Source: Pseudomonadota bacterium
Lineage (GTDB): Bacteria > Myxococcota_A > UBA796 > SXON01
Assembly: GCA_005776735.1 (NCBI GenBank)
Contig: SXOM01000167.1
Location: forward strand, 1 to 32,064
Direction: 5' to 3'
DNA length: 32,064 nucleotides
Position 1 is the stretch's first letter, and the number at the start of each line of letters is the position of its first letter. Below the pieces are notes generated by a model, which did not search any database, had not been told where the DNA came from, and was given only the letters and a program-made list of their open reading frames with translations. Of the stretch, positions 24,092 to 32,064 are shown piece after piece. A program made the translations under genes and the position numbers.

Positions 24092-26674
24092 ATGCACCGT
24101 CCGTCGTCCAGCCTCCTCCTCGCCCTCCTCGCTGCGTGCTCCGACTCGGGCGTGACGCAGCACAACGTCGACCCGGTCGCCGAGATCACCTCGCACCAGG
24201 ACGGGGACACGGTTTCCGAGGGGTACGCCGTCACCCTCCGCGGCAGCGTCGGCGACGACGACGACGCGCTCGACTCGCTCTCCGTGGCGTGGTTGGTGGC
24301 GGGGGTGCAGGTGTGCGAGGAGGCCACGCCGGACGCGGCCGGTGTGGTGGTCTGTGATCACACGTTCGTGCCGGCGGGTGGCCAGGTGGTCCTCGAGGTC
24401 GCCGACGCACACGGGGGCCGCGGTTCGGACACGCTCTCGCTCGGGGTCACGCCGACCGACGCGCCGACGGCCACCATCACCAGCCCCGTGGCCGACGGGC
24501 GGTACTACGCAGACCAACTCATCACGTTCTCGGCCCTGATCGGCGACGCGGAGGACGCCCCGTCGGCGCTGGTCCTGAGTTGGGAGACCGAAGCGCTCGG
24601 CGAGCTCGGCCTGGACCTGACGGTGGGCGACGACGGCGCGGTCGAGGGCTTCAGTCGGCTCCCGGCCGGAGACCACTGGTTGCGCCTGCACGTCACCGAC
24701 ACCACCGGCAAGGAGACGATCGACAGCGTCTTGTTCACCGTCGGACCGGACAATTCCGCGCCGACGTGCAGCCTGCTCGCGCCGGTGGACGGCGCGGCGG
24801 GTGCGCTCGGAGACGAGCTGCGGCTGGACGGCATGGTGGGCGACGTGGACGTGCCTGTCGACGTGCTGAGCGTGGTGTTCACCTCGAGCCTGGACGGGGC
24901 CCTCGGGGCGCCCACGGTCGACACCGATGGGCGGGTTCGCTTGAGTTGGGACGCCCTCTCGGCGGGCACCCACCTGTTGTCGCTGGAGGTGGTCGACGAC
25001 GTGGGCGCCACGTGTGTCACGAGCGTCTACTACACGGTCGGGACGCCCCCCTCGGTGGTGATCGACGCGCCGCTGGATGGGGAGGTGGTCAATGAGGGGG
25101 ACGAGCTCGACATCGAGGTCACGGTCTCCGACACCGAGAGTGATCCTACTGAACTCACGTTGTCTTGGGCGAGTGACCTCGACGGCGAGCTGGGCACCGA
25201 GGGGGCCGACTTCTCGGGGTACGCCGCGCTCGCCGCCACGTTGTCGGCGGGCGATCACCGCCTGACGGTCACGGCCACCGACCCCGAAGGGCTGTCGGCG
25301 GTGGACGCGGTCTCGGTGACGGTCAACGCCCTCCCGACCGCGCCCACCGTGACGTTGTCGCCCGATCCGGCCGGCACCGACGACGCGCTGACGGCGTCGG
25401 CGACGGGCTCGGTCGACCCCGACAGCTCCGGCACCCTCTCCTACACCTACGATTGGTACGTCGACGGCGTGCTCAGCGGCGCGTCCACCAGCGCCATCCT
25501 GCCCGCGGCCTACACGACCAAGGGCGAGGTCTGGCGGGTTGTCGTCACCCCCAACGATGGGTGGGGCGACGGCGCCCCCGGCGAAGCGAGCCTCACCATC
25601 GGCAACACCGCGCCGACGGTGAGCGTGAGCCTGACCCCCACCACCGCGCGCACCGACGACACGCTCACTGCCGCGCCGGTCACGAGCGACACCGATGGGG
25701 ACGCCGTGAGTGTCACCTATGACTGGTTCGTCGACGGCGTCCTGGTCCGCTCGGGCGCGTCCAGCACGTTGTCGGGCTCCTACTTCGACAAGGGCGAAGA
25801 GGTGGTCGTCGAGGCCGTCGCCGACGACGGGGTGACCACCACCACCGCCGCCTCGGCCGGCGTCGTCATCGCCAACACTCCGCCCGGGGCCCCGACCCTC
25901 GCCATCGATCCCTCGGGGGCCACCGCCGGAGACGACCTGTGGTGCGAAGTGACGGTCCCGAGCGTGGACGCCGACGGCGACACCGTCACCTACTCCATGG
26001 ACTGGTCGGCTGACGGCGTCGCCTACACCGCGCCCACCACCACCACCTGGACCGACGACACCGTCGACGGAACCGATGTCGGCGCCAGCGAGATGTGGAT
26101 GTGTGTCGCGACGCCCCACGACGGCGAGGACGTCGGCACCACCGCCTCGGCCAGCGTCACCACCACCACTTCGTCGTGGTCGGGCACCATCGAGATGCCT
26201 TCGACCTCGACGGTCGACGGGTTCAACCACGGCGAGTGGTCGGCGCTCAATGGCGGCGGGCGTGTCGCCACCCGCATCGATCTCACCGGCGACTGCGTGA
26301 ACCCGCGATTGGCGTTCTACCAGCACAGCTCGGCCGACACCTCGATCACCGGCTCGTTCTACGTCATGAACAGCTCCGGAACGGTCCTGGACTACTCGAC
26401 CTACGCCACCTACTCCGGCTGCAACGACTGTTGGCTCGGCCCCTCCTCCGACCTCTCCCTCACCATGAGCGCAGGAACGGTCTACTACCTCGGCTTCTCC
26501 AACGACTCCGGCGGCGACATGTCGGGCCCCTCCATCTACCTGGACGCCTCCAGTCGCACCGTCGGCATCGCGACATTCAGCGATCCGCGCGCCGACAAGC
26601 CGGCCTCCCCCACCCGCGGCCTCCCGAGCACCACGGTGAGCTGGCAGAATCGGTGGCGCGTGATCTGCAACTGA
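24092..26674 (+). CDS. Surface lipoprotein with tandem Ig-like (Big/PKD-like) domains and a C-terminal beta-sandwich
   Basis: Lipobox LLAAC; repeats P...ITSP.DG...D.ED....L...W.S.LDG.LG...LSAG.H.L.L.V.D; N.APTV...P...T.D.LT...D.DGD...Y.W.VDG. Confidence 0.85.
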   Translation: MHRPSSSLLLALLAACSDSGVTQHNVDPVAEITSHQDGDTVSEGYAVTLRGSVGDDDDALDSLSVAWLVAGVQVCEEATPDAAGVVVCDHTFVPAGGQVVLEVADAHGGRGSDTLSLGVTPTDAPTATITSPVADGRYYADQLITFSALIGDAEDAPSALVLSWETEALGELGLDLTVGDDGAVEGFSRLPAGDHWLRLHVTDTTGKETIDSVLFTVGPDNSAPTCSLLAPVDGAAGALGDELRLDGMVGDVDVPVDVLSVVFTSSLDGALGAPTVDTDGRVRLSWDALSAGTHLLSLEVVDDVGATCVTSVYYTVGTPPSVVIDAPLDGEVVNEGDELDIEVTVSDTESDPTELTLSWASDLDGELGTEGADFSGYAALAATLSAGDHRLTVTATDPEGLSAVDAVSVTVNALPTAPTVTLSPDPAGTDDALTASATGSVDPDSSGTLSYTYDWYVDGVLSGASTSAILPAAYTTKGEVWRVVVTPNDGWGDGAPGEASLTIGNTAPTVSVSLTPTTARTDDTLTAAPVTSDTDGDAVSVTYDWFVDGVLVRSGASSTLSGSYFDKGEEVVVEAVADDGVTTTTAASAGVVIANTPPGAPTLAIDPSGATAGDDLWCEVTVPSVDADGDTVTYSMDWSADGVAYTAPTTTTWTDDTVDGTDVGASEMWMCVATPHDGEDVGTTASASVTTTTSSWSGTIEMPSTSTVDGFNHGEWSALNGGGRVATRIDLTGDCVNPRLAFYQHSSADTSITGSFYVMNSSGTVLDYSTYATYSGCNDCWLGPSSDLSLTMSAGTVYYLGFSNDSGGDMSGPSIYLDASSRTVGIATFSDPRADKPASPTRGLPSTTVSWQNRWRVICN

Positions 26675-26764
26675 CGGGGAGGCGCGCCGCGACCGACCGC
26701 TTCGAGCCGGTTTGGCGTGCGCGCGCCTCGGCGCGGGGGCGACGCTGCGATAACGCCGGGCCCC

Positions 26765-28798
26765 ATGCTCCTGTCGTGCTGGCTCCTGGCCTGTGACTCC
26801 GACGGCTCCCGCGTGGAAGCCGCGCCGGGCGCCGACACCGCCGCCGACACCGCCGCCGACACCGGTGACGTCGCCGCCGACACCGCCGACACCGCCGACA
26901 CCGCCGACACCGGCGATACAAGTGATACATCCGTCGATTCGGATACGGGATCGTCATGGGAGTTGCCTGAGCGTCCCGATCTCGACGCGCCGGCCGCCGA
27001 TGTGTCGTGGCGCTGGGGGGGAGGGGAGGGCTACCCCGACGCGGTGGACCCGACGTGGCCGGTGGTCACTCGGGTCTCCGACCGGGCGAGCCTCGAGGCG
27101 GCGCTCGGCGCGGCGGTCGCGGGCGACGTGGTGTGGGTCGAGGACGGTGTTTCCATCGACCTGACCGGGGCTTCGCTGTGTGTGCCCGCCGGGGTGTGGT
27201 TGGCCGGAGGCCGAGGCCAAGGTGGGGAGGGCGGGGCGCTCTTGTACAGCACCGCGGGCTCCAGCTCGCCGGTGCTGCGCGCGTGTGGGGACGGGGTTCG
27301 CATCACCGGGCTGCGGCTGCGTGGGCCCGACCCGGACACCTGTCCGGCCGAGTGGCCCGACCGGTGCCCCGAGGACGTGGCCGGCGACCCCAACTGTGCG
27401 TACTGCACCAAGACCGCCTACGCGATCGGCACCGACGGTTTCGACGCGCTCGAGGTGGACAACAACGAGCTGAGCGGGTGGACGTACACCGCCGTGGGTG
27501 TCAAGAACGCCGTGGGGGCCGACGTCCACCACAACCACATCCACCACGGGTGGCGTGAGGGCCTGGGCTACGGCGTGGTGTTGTACGGAACCGGCGCCAC
27601 GACGGCGATCATCCGTTGGAATCGGTTCGACGCCATGCGCCACGCCGTCGCCGGGCAGGGCTACGCGACCGAAGACTACGAAGCGCGCGACAACCTCGTC
27701 GGGACCGAGTCGATCGGCCACGTCTTCGACATGCACGGCCAGGACGAAGCGACCGGCGACGGGAGCAGCGCCGCGGGCGGGGACCTCCGCGTGCATGGAA
27801 ACGTGGTGCTCGTGCCCGACCAATACTCGTTCGTCGTGCGCGGACGCCCCGACACCGGTGCGTGGTTCTACGACAACTGCGTGGCGCCGGCGAAGGCTTC
27901 CGCCTACGACCAGCGCTATTTCACCGGCAACTTCTGGGTGGACCAGGCCCCCGACGGCAGCGCGGCGCCCAACGCCTATGGGCAGGGTGCGTCGGACTGC
28001 GGGACGGTGCGCTGGTGTGTCGCCGATCGGGCCAGCGGCCCCTACGCCTACGGGAGCGCGAGCGGAACCGACGTCTCGGGTCTCCGGGTCGGGGACTTCG
28101 ATGGCGACGGGCAGGACGACGTCTTCTCGACCACCGGGAGCCAGTGGCGGTGGGCCAACCCCCACGGGGGCAGCTGGGCCGCGCTGGCGACCTCCGGCGA
28201 CGCGCTCGACGACCTCGGCCTCGCCGACCTCGACGGCGACGGCGTCACCGACGTGTTCATCGCGACGGGCGCGGCGTGGCGGTGGTCACGCAGCGGGACC
28301 GGCTCCTGGTCGACGTTGCGATCCTCCACCCTCGGACTCGACGACGTACGCTTCGGGGACTTCGACGGCGACGGGGCCACGGACGTCTTCACCAGCGAGG
28401 GTGGCCGGTGGTACGCCTATCCTTCGGGCTCCGGGGCGGCGGTGGCGCTGGCCTCGTCCGGGGTGGACATCGCGGCGCTCCAGCTCGGCGACTTCGACGG
28501 AGACGGCGTCGCCGACGTGTTCTACGCCGACGGGACCGAGTGGCGCTGGTCGCGGTCGGGCACCTCGAGCTGGGCCACGCTTGCGTTGGCCTCCACCACC
28601 TCGGTGCGGCTCGCCGACGTCGACGGCGATGGGCGTACGGATGTCTTGGGGGTGTCGGGACACACGTTGCGTTGGTCGCGCAGCGGCGCGACGAGCTGGG
28701 CCGACCTCCGCCACCAGTCCGAGGGGCTCGACGACGTGCTCCTTGGCGACTTCGACGGGGACGCCGCGGACGACCTGCTCGTCGGTGGGTGCCTGTAG
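26765..28798 (+). CDS. Lipoprotein with Asp/Thr linker, parallel beta-helix domain and C-terminal FG-GAP/VCBS repeats
   Basis: MLLSCWLLAC; VRITGLRLRGP, LEVDNNELSGW, VHHNHIHH, IIRWNRFD..RHAVAG; repeated GDFDGDG..DVF...G..WRWSRSG..SW. Confidence 0.85.
   Translation: MLLSCWLLACDSDGSRVEAAPGADTAADTAADTGDVAADTADTADTADTGDTSDTSVDSDTGSSWELPERPDLDAPAADVSWRWGGGEGYPDAVDPTWPVVTRVSDRASLEAALGAAVAGDVVWVEDGVSIDLTGASLCVPAGVWLAGGRGQGGEGGALLYSTAGSSSPVLRACGDGVRITGLRLRGPDPDTCPAEWPDRCPEDVAGDPNCAYCTKTAYAIGTDGFDALEVDNNELSGWTYTAVGVKNAVGADVHHNHIHHGWREGLGYGVVLYGTGATTAIIRWNRFDAMRHAVAGQGYATEDYEARDNLVGTESIGHVFDMHGQDEATGDGSSAAGGDLRVHGNVVLVPDQYSFVVRGRPDTGAWFYDNCVAPAKASAYDQRYFTGNFWVDQAPDGSAAPNAYGQGASDCGTVRWCVADRASGPYAYGSASGTDVSGLRVGDFDGDGQDDVFSTTGSQWRWANPHGGSWAALATSGDALDDLGLADLDGDGVTDVFIATGAAWRWSRSGTGSWSTLRSSTLGLDDVRFGDFDGDGATDVFTSEGGRWYAYPSGSGAAVALASSGVDIAALQLGDFDGDGVADVFYADGTEWRWSRSGTSSWATLALASTTSVRLADVDGDGRTDVLGVSGHTLRWSRSGATSWADLRHQSEGLDDVLLGDFDGDAADDLLVGGCL
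26831..26915 (+). repeat. Coding tandem repeat (GCCGACACC)n encoding an ADT linker
   Basis: gccgacacc units of 9-12 nt; a similar short tract at ~28860-28898. Confidence 0.8.
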
Positions 28799-28813
28799 GG
28801 TTAGCTCGGCGCC

Positions 28814-29407
28814 ATGATGTTCCTGTTCTTCGCCTGCGCGACGTCTCCCACTGATTCTGCCGACACGGCCGACACGAGCTCCGACACGGCCGACACCGGG
28901 GCCACAAGCGCCGCCGAGGGGGTCTGGCTCACGCCGGGGCCCGAGTTCAGCGCGTCCTGGGTCGGGGCGCAGGCGCTCACGGCGTGCACCGCCGCGTGGC
29001 AGGCCGACGCGCACCTCGCCGCGGTGTGGATCAACTTCATCTACACCGGGTACGCCGTGGCCTTTTCCGAGTCCGCGCCGGACGAGGTGTGCGAGTTCCG
29101 CGTCGACGACGCGGGGACGGGGGTGGCGTCGATCACGCCCGCCGCGCAGTACGCGCCCGGGTGGACGTGGACGGCGAGCGACCACATCGGGGGGTGGCAA
29201 TACGACAGTCCCGAGGCGGCGGCCGATCTGGGACACGACGAAGCGTCGTTCTACTTCTCGGTCAACCCGGCCCAGCACCGCGCCCAGACGGGGTGGCAGT
29301 CCACCCTGGAGGGCTACGCCGACAACGTCCCGGTGGTGCTCGTCGGCGCCGGCGTGAGCAGCCTGGACGGCCTGTTCGACGGACGGACGGGGGCGGGGAT
29401 CGAGTAG
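28814..29407 (+). CDS. Hypothetical lipoprotein
   Basis: MMFLFFAC lipobox, DT-rich linker; in-frame TAG at 28802 prevents N-terminal extension. Confidence 0.75.
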   Translation: MMFLFFACATSPTDSADTADTSSDTADTGATSAAEGVWLTPGPEFSASWVGAQALTACTAAWQADAHLAAVWINFIYTGYAVAFSESAPDEVCEFRVDDAGTGVASITPAAQYAPGWTWTASDHIGGWQYDSPEAAADLGHDEASFYFSVNPAQHRAQTGWQSTLEGYADNVPVVLVGAGVSSLDGLFDGRTGAGIE

Positions 29408-29418
29408 GGGGGGGGGGG
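29407..29418 (+). repeat. G12 homopolymer tract
   Basis: TA-GGGGGGGGGGGG-C-GTG: fills the gap between the upstream stop and the EEP start codon. Confidence 0.85.
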
Positions 29419-29419
29419 C

Positions 29420-30109
29420 GTGCGGATCGGGACGTGGAACCTCGAAGGGCGATGGGACCCCCGGCACCGTGATCTTCTGGAGAGGTCGGACTGCGACGTC
29501 TGGCTGCTCACCGAGGTGCGCGAGGACGTCGCGCTCGTCGGGTACGTCGGGCACTTCAGCGCGGCCTCGGCCCCCGGGAGGGCGGTACGCTACGCGGCGG
29601 TCTTGACCCGGGGGGCGGCCGAGCCTGTGGCGAACCTGCACGGCGCGAGCGCGGCCGTCCGGGTCGGTGGGGTGGTGTACTGCAGCTCGGTCCTTCCGTG
29701 GCGCGCGTGTGGGGCGCAGGCGCCGTGGTGCGGCGCCAACCACGCGGAGCGAACGGCGGCTGCGGTCGATGCGCTGATGGCCGCCCTGCCCGACGACCCG
29801 CTGGTGTGGGGCGGGGACTGGAACCATGCGCTCGGGGGGCGCGAGTACGCCGGGAGTGCCGCAGGTCGGGCCCGAATCCTGGAGGCCGTGGAACGTCGAG
29901 GGTTGTGGGTGCCCACCCGAGCGCTCCCCCACCGCATCGAGGGGCTCGTGAGCATCGACCACATCGCCTTGCCGCAGGGGGTGTCCGCGACGGCCCACGC
30001 GGTGTCGGCGGTGGTCGACGGCGTGGCCTTGTCCGACCACGATCTGTACCTGGTGGAGGGTGTCGAATTGGAGCTCGCGCACCGGTCGCCCGCGGGGGGA
30101 GGGGAGTAG
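29420..30109 (+). CDS. Endonuclease/exonuclease/phosphatase (EEP) family protein
   Basis: MRIGTWNL, DVWLLTEV, WGGDWN, SIDHI, LSDH catalytic motifs. Confidence 0.88.
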   Translation: MRIGTWNLEGRWDPRHRDLLERSDCDVWLLTEVREDVALVGYVGHFSAASAPGRAVRYAAVLTRGAAEPVANLHGASAAVRVGGVVYCSSVLPWRACGAQAPWCGANHAERTAAAVDALMAALPDDPLVWGGDWNHALGGREYAGSAAGRARILEAVERRGLWVPTRALPHRIEGLVSIDHIALPQGVSATAHAVSAVVDGVALSDHDLYLVEGVELELAHRSPAGGGE

Positions 30110-30158
30110 GCGGCCGGCGGAAAACGCGCGCGTCGAGAACGGTTTGGGGCGACCGCGG

Positions 30159-30202
30159 GGCGCCGGGCGGGGTTGCGGCCTTCGGGACGGTCGCGCGGCG
30201 CC
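30159..30202. repeat. REP-like repeat, copy 4
   Basis: ggcgccgggcggggttgcggccttcgggacggtcgcgcggcgcc, nearly identical to 5-49. Confidence 0.75.
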
Positions 30203-30297
30203 CCCCTTCGGCGGGCTGCCCCGGGGGGTGACGTAGGGTCCGTCGTGAGCGCGGCCTCGCGCGCTTCCCCACGCCCTTGCCGAGATACCTGCCGTTC

Positions 30298-30684
30298 GTG
30301 GACCCGCGCTGCCCGTTCTGCGTCCCCGACCCCGGCTGCCTGGTTCGGCGAGGCGCGCTCACGACGTCGCTTCGCGATGCTTACCCGCTCACGGAGGGGC
30401 ACTCGCTCGTGACCCCCGCACGGCACGTCGCGTGCCTGTTCGACCTGTCGTCGGCAGAGCGTGAGGCCGTCTGGGACGAGGTCGGCCGGGTCCGCGCCGA
30501 CCTGATGCGGAACCTCGGCGTCGAGGCGTTCAACATCGGGCTCAACGACGGCGTCGCCGCGGGCCAGACCGTCCTGCACGCCCACGTCCACGTGATTCCG
30601 CGGCGCCCGGGCGACGTTCCGGATCCCCGCGGCGGGGTCCGCTGGGTAGTCCCCACACGCGCTGCGTGGTGGGAGTCCCCGTGA
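30298..30684 (+). CDS. HIT-family nucleotide hydrolase
   Basis: CPFC, DAYPLTEGHSLV.P.RHV, FNIGLNDG.AAGQTVLHAHVHVIPR..GD..DPRGGVRW; start GTG 30298 or TTG 30277. Confidence 0.92.
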   Translation: MDPRCPFCVPDPGCLVRRGALTTSLRDAYPLTEGHSLVTPARHVACLFDLSSAEREAVWDEVGRVRADLMRNLGVEAFNIGLNDGVAAGQTVLHAHVHVIPRRPGDVPDPRGGVRWVVPTRAAWWESP

Positions 30685-31739
30685 GCCCGTGGGCGCCCCC
30701 GGCGCCGCAGGCGCAGGTCGAGTTCCTGCTGACGCTACAGCGGCTCCTCGCCGAGGGGAGCTTCGTCGCGACCTACAAGTTCGCCCTCCTGCACGCGCTC
30801 GCAGACCTCGCCCTCGTGAAAGGGGACGACTCTGGAGCGCCGCTGGCGCTGTCGACGGCGGACATCAGCAGCAGGATGGCCGAGTTGTACTGGCGCCAGG
30901 CCGCGCCGTATTCCGGTGGGACCCATCGCCATGAGGTGCTTCGTCACGCGACAGGCAGCCAGGCAGCCATCGTGAACGAGCTGCTGGCCGCGCGGCAGGA
31001 TGCAGAGGGTTCGCTGTCGCGCTTCCGTCGCGACCCGGCAGCATGGTGGGCGCTCGTGCGGCGCGTTGATCGGGTCGTTCGGCAGATGCCGCTGTGGAAG
31101 CTTCAGACCGTCGGCACCGAGCGTTTGGGCTTCCTATACGACAACGTGGACGGGGGGACGTCCATCGAGCTCAAGCCGGGCGTGGCGTGGTGTCTCCGCG
31201 CCTACTACAGCCTTGTCACCGAGCTCGTCAGGAGTGCGTGGCTGCGGTTCATCCGCCGGCACAACCCCGGATTGGAGTCTGGTGCGGACCTCGGCACGTT
31301 CCTGTTCGGCGGCGAACGCTGCGACCTGTCGCCCTACCTGCCGTTGCTCCGCGAGGTTCAACGCGGCGAGTGTTTCTACTGCGAACGGCGGCTGGTGGGC
31401 GAGGGGGCCGCGGTGGATCACTTCATCCCCTGGTCTCGCTACTCCGTGGATCTCGGACACAACTTCGTGCTGGCGCACGGGACCTGCAACGGGCGGAAGT
31501 CGGATCTCCTCGCGGCGGAGCGCCACCTCGAGCGGTGGGTGGAGCGCAACGAACGGACAGGTCTGTGGCTGGCCGAGGCATTCGGCGAGGCGGGCCTCCC
31601 CGCGGACATGGACGCGTCGGTCGGCGTCGCCCGATGGGCCTACGCACAGACCGCGCGGGCCAACGGGCAGGTGTGGACGCACGGCACCGAGCTGGAGCAC
31701 CTTTCCGGCTCGTGGATGACGTTGCTCGCAGCGTCGTGA
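30681..31739 (+). CDS. HNH endonuclease with N-terminal helical domain (TYKFAL type)
   Basis: GTGA overlap with the HIT stop; F.ATYKFALL.AL; CFYC...VDHFIPWSRY..D.GHNFVLAH..CN..KSD. Confidence 0.88.
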   Translation: MSPWAPPAPQAQVEFLLTLQRLLAEGSFVATYKFALLHALADLALVKGDDSGAPLALSTADISSRMAELYWRQAAPYSGGTHRHEVLRHATGSQAAIVNELLAARQDAEGSLSRFRRDPAAWWALVRRVDRVVRQMPLWKLQTVGTERLGFLYDNVDGGTSIELKPGVAWCLRAYYSLVTELVRSAWLRFIRRHNPGLESGADLGTFLFGGERCDLSPYLPLLREVQRGECFYCERRLVGEGAAVDHFIPWSRYSVDLGHNFVLAHGTCNGRKSDLLAAERHLERWVERNERTGLWLAEAFGEAGLPADMDASVGVARWAYAQTARANGQVWTHGTELEHLSGSWMTLLAAS

Positions 31740-31761
31740 AGCCCGTCCTGGGCGGGACCGG

Positions 31762-32009
31762 TCATCCGCCGCGCGGCGAGAAGGGTCGTGCATGCTCGGC
31801 GAACCAGCGCGGGAAGTCGCCGGGGCCGTCGTGGGCGCGCGTGGCGCGGTCCACGCGCGTGGGATCCGGCCAGATGCCGAAGTCGCCGACGTGCAGGACG
31901 TGTGCGAACCTCTCCCCAGCGCCGCCTCGAAGGCGAGCACATCCGCGTAGAGGCGGTCGAGGGCGCCGTGGATGTCGCCCGCGGCGCAGTAGAGGGGGCG
32001 GCTGCTCAT
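31762..32009 (-). pseudogene. Frameshifted, truncated calcineurin-like metallophosphoesterase
   Basis: MSSRPLYCAAGDIHG...FEAALG, then one G missing in a G-run near 31915; the shifted frame continues RFAHVLHVGDFGIWPDP...DFPRWF and stops at 31762 before any GNH motif. Confidence 0.75.
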
Positions 32010-32064
32010 GGGAAGACTCGGACCGCGGAAGGCGGCGACCGAGGCGCTCTATCGCCGGGGAAGC

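Noticed and set aside
26831-26915. Possible CRISPR or non-coding repeat array
   Set aside because: 9-12 nt in-frame units with no spacers, encoding an Asp-Thr linker; no cas genes.

Overview
Very GC-rich bacterial DNA. The gene content (DUF4388/J-like protein, many MopE-repeat and FG-GAP surface lipoproteins, PfaD) suggests a Myxococcota/deltaproteobacterial-type genome; this is inference only. The left half is core-like: a PfaD-type enoyl reductase, a complete EF-P beta-lysylation locus (epmA-efp-epmB), an aldehyde dehydrogenase plus degenerate sulfatase-fold gene, and large secreted repeat lipoproteins. A tRNA-Gln(TTG) at 18007-18081 is followed by a ~3.8 kb accessory islet with three different toxin-antitoxin pairs (HTH_17/PIN, UPF0175/DUF3368-PIN, AbrB/Doc). 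The most unusual structure is in this islet: the 5' end of a small ADP-ribosyltransferase-like ('ADP-ribosylation/crystallin J1'-type) gene occurs three times, once intact and twice truncated. Each copy sits head-to-head with a TA promoter, giving a serial 'anchor + TA cassette' array, and both plus-strand cassettes end in the same GTTAGAAC 8-mer. The right end carries an EEP nuclease behind a G12 tract, a translationally coupled HIT hydrolase-HNH nuclease pair (candidate defence module) and a broken metallophosphoesterase. Three window-wide patterns stand out: five genes with an exact TANNNT-N6-start layout (leaderless mRNAs), ultra-short uncharged signal peptides, and a REP-like hairpin repeat in four intergenic sites.
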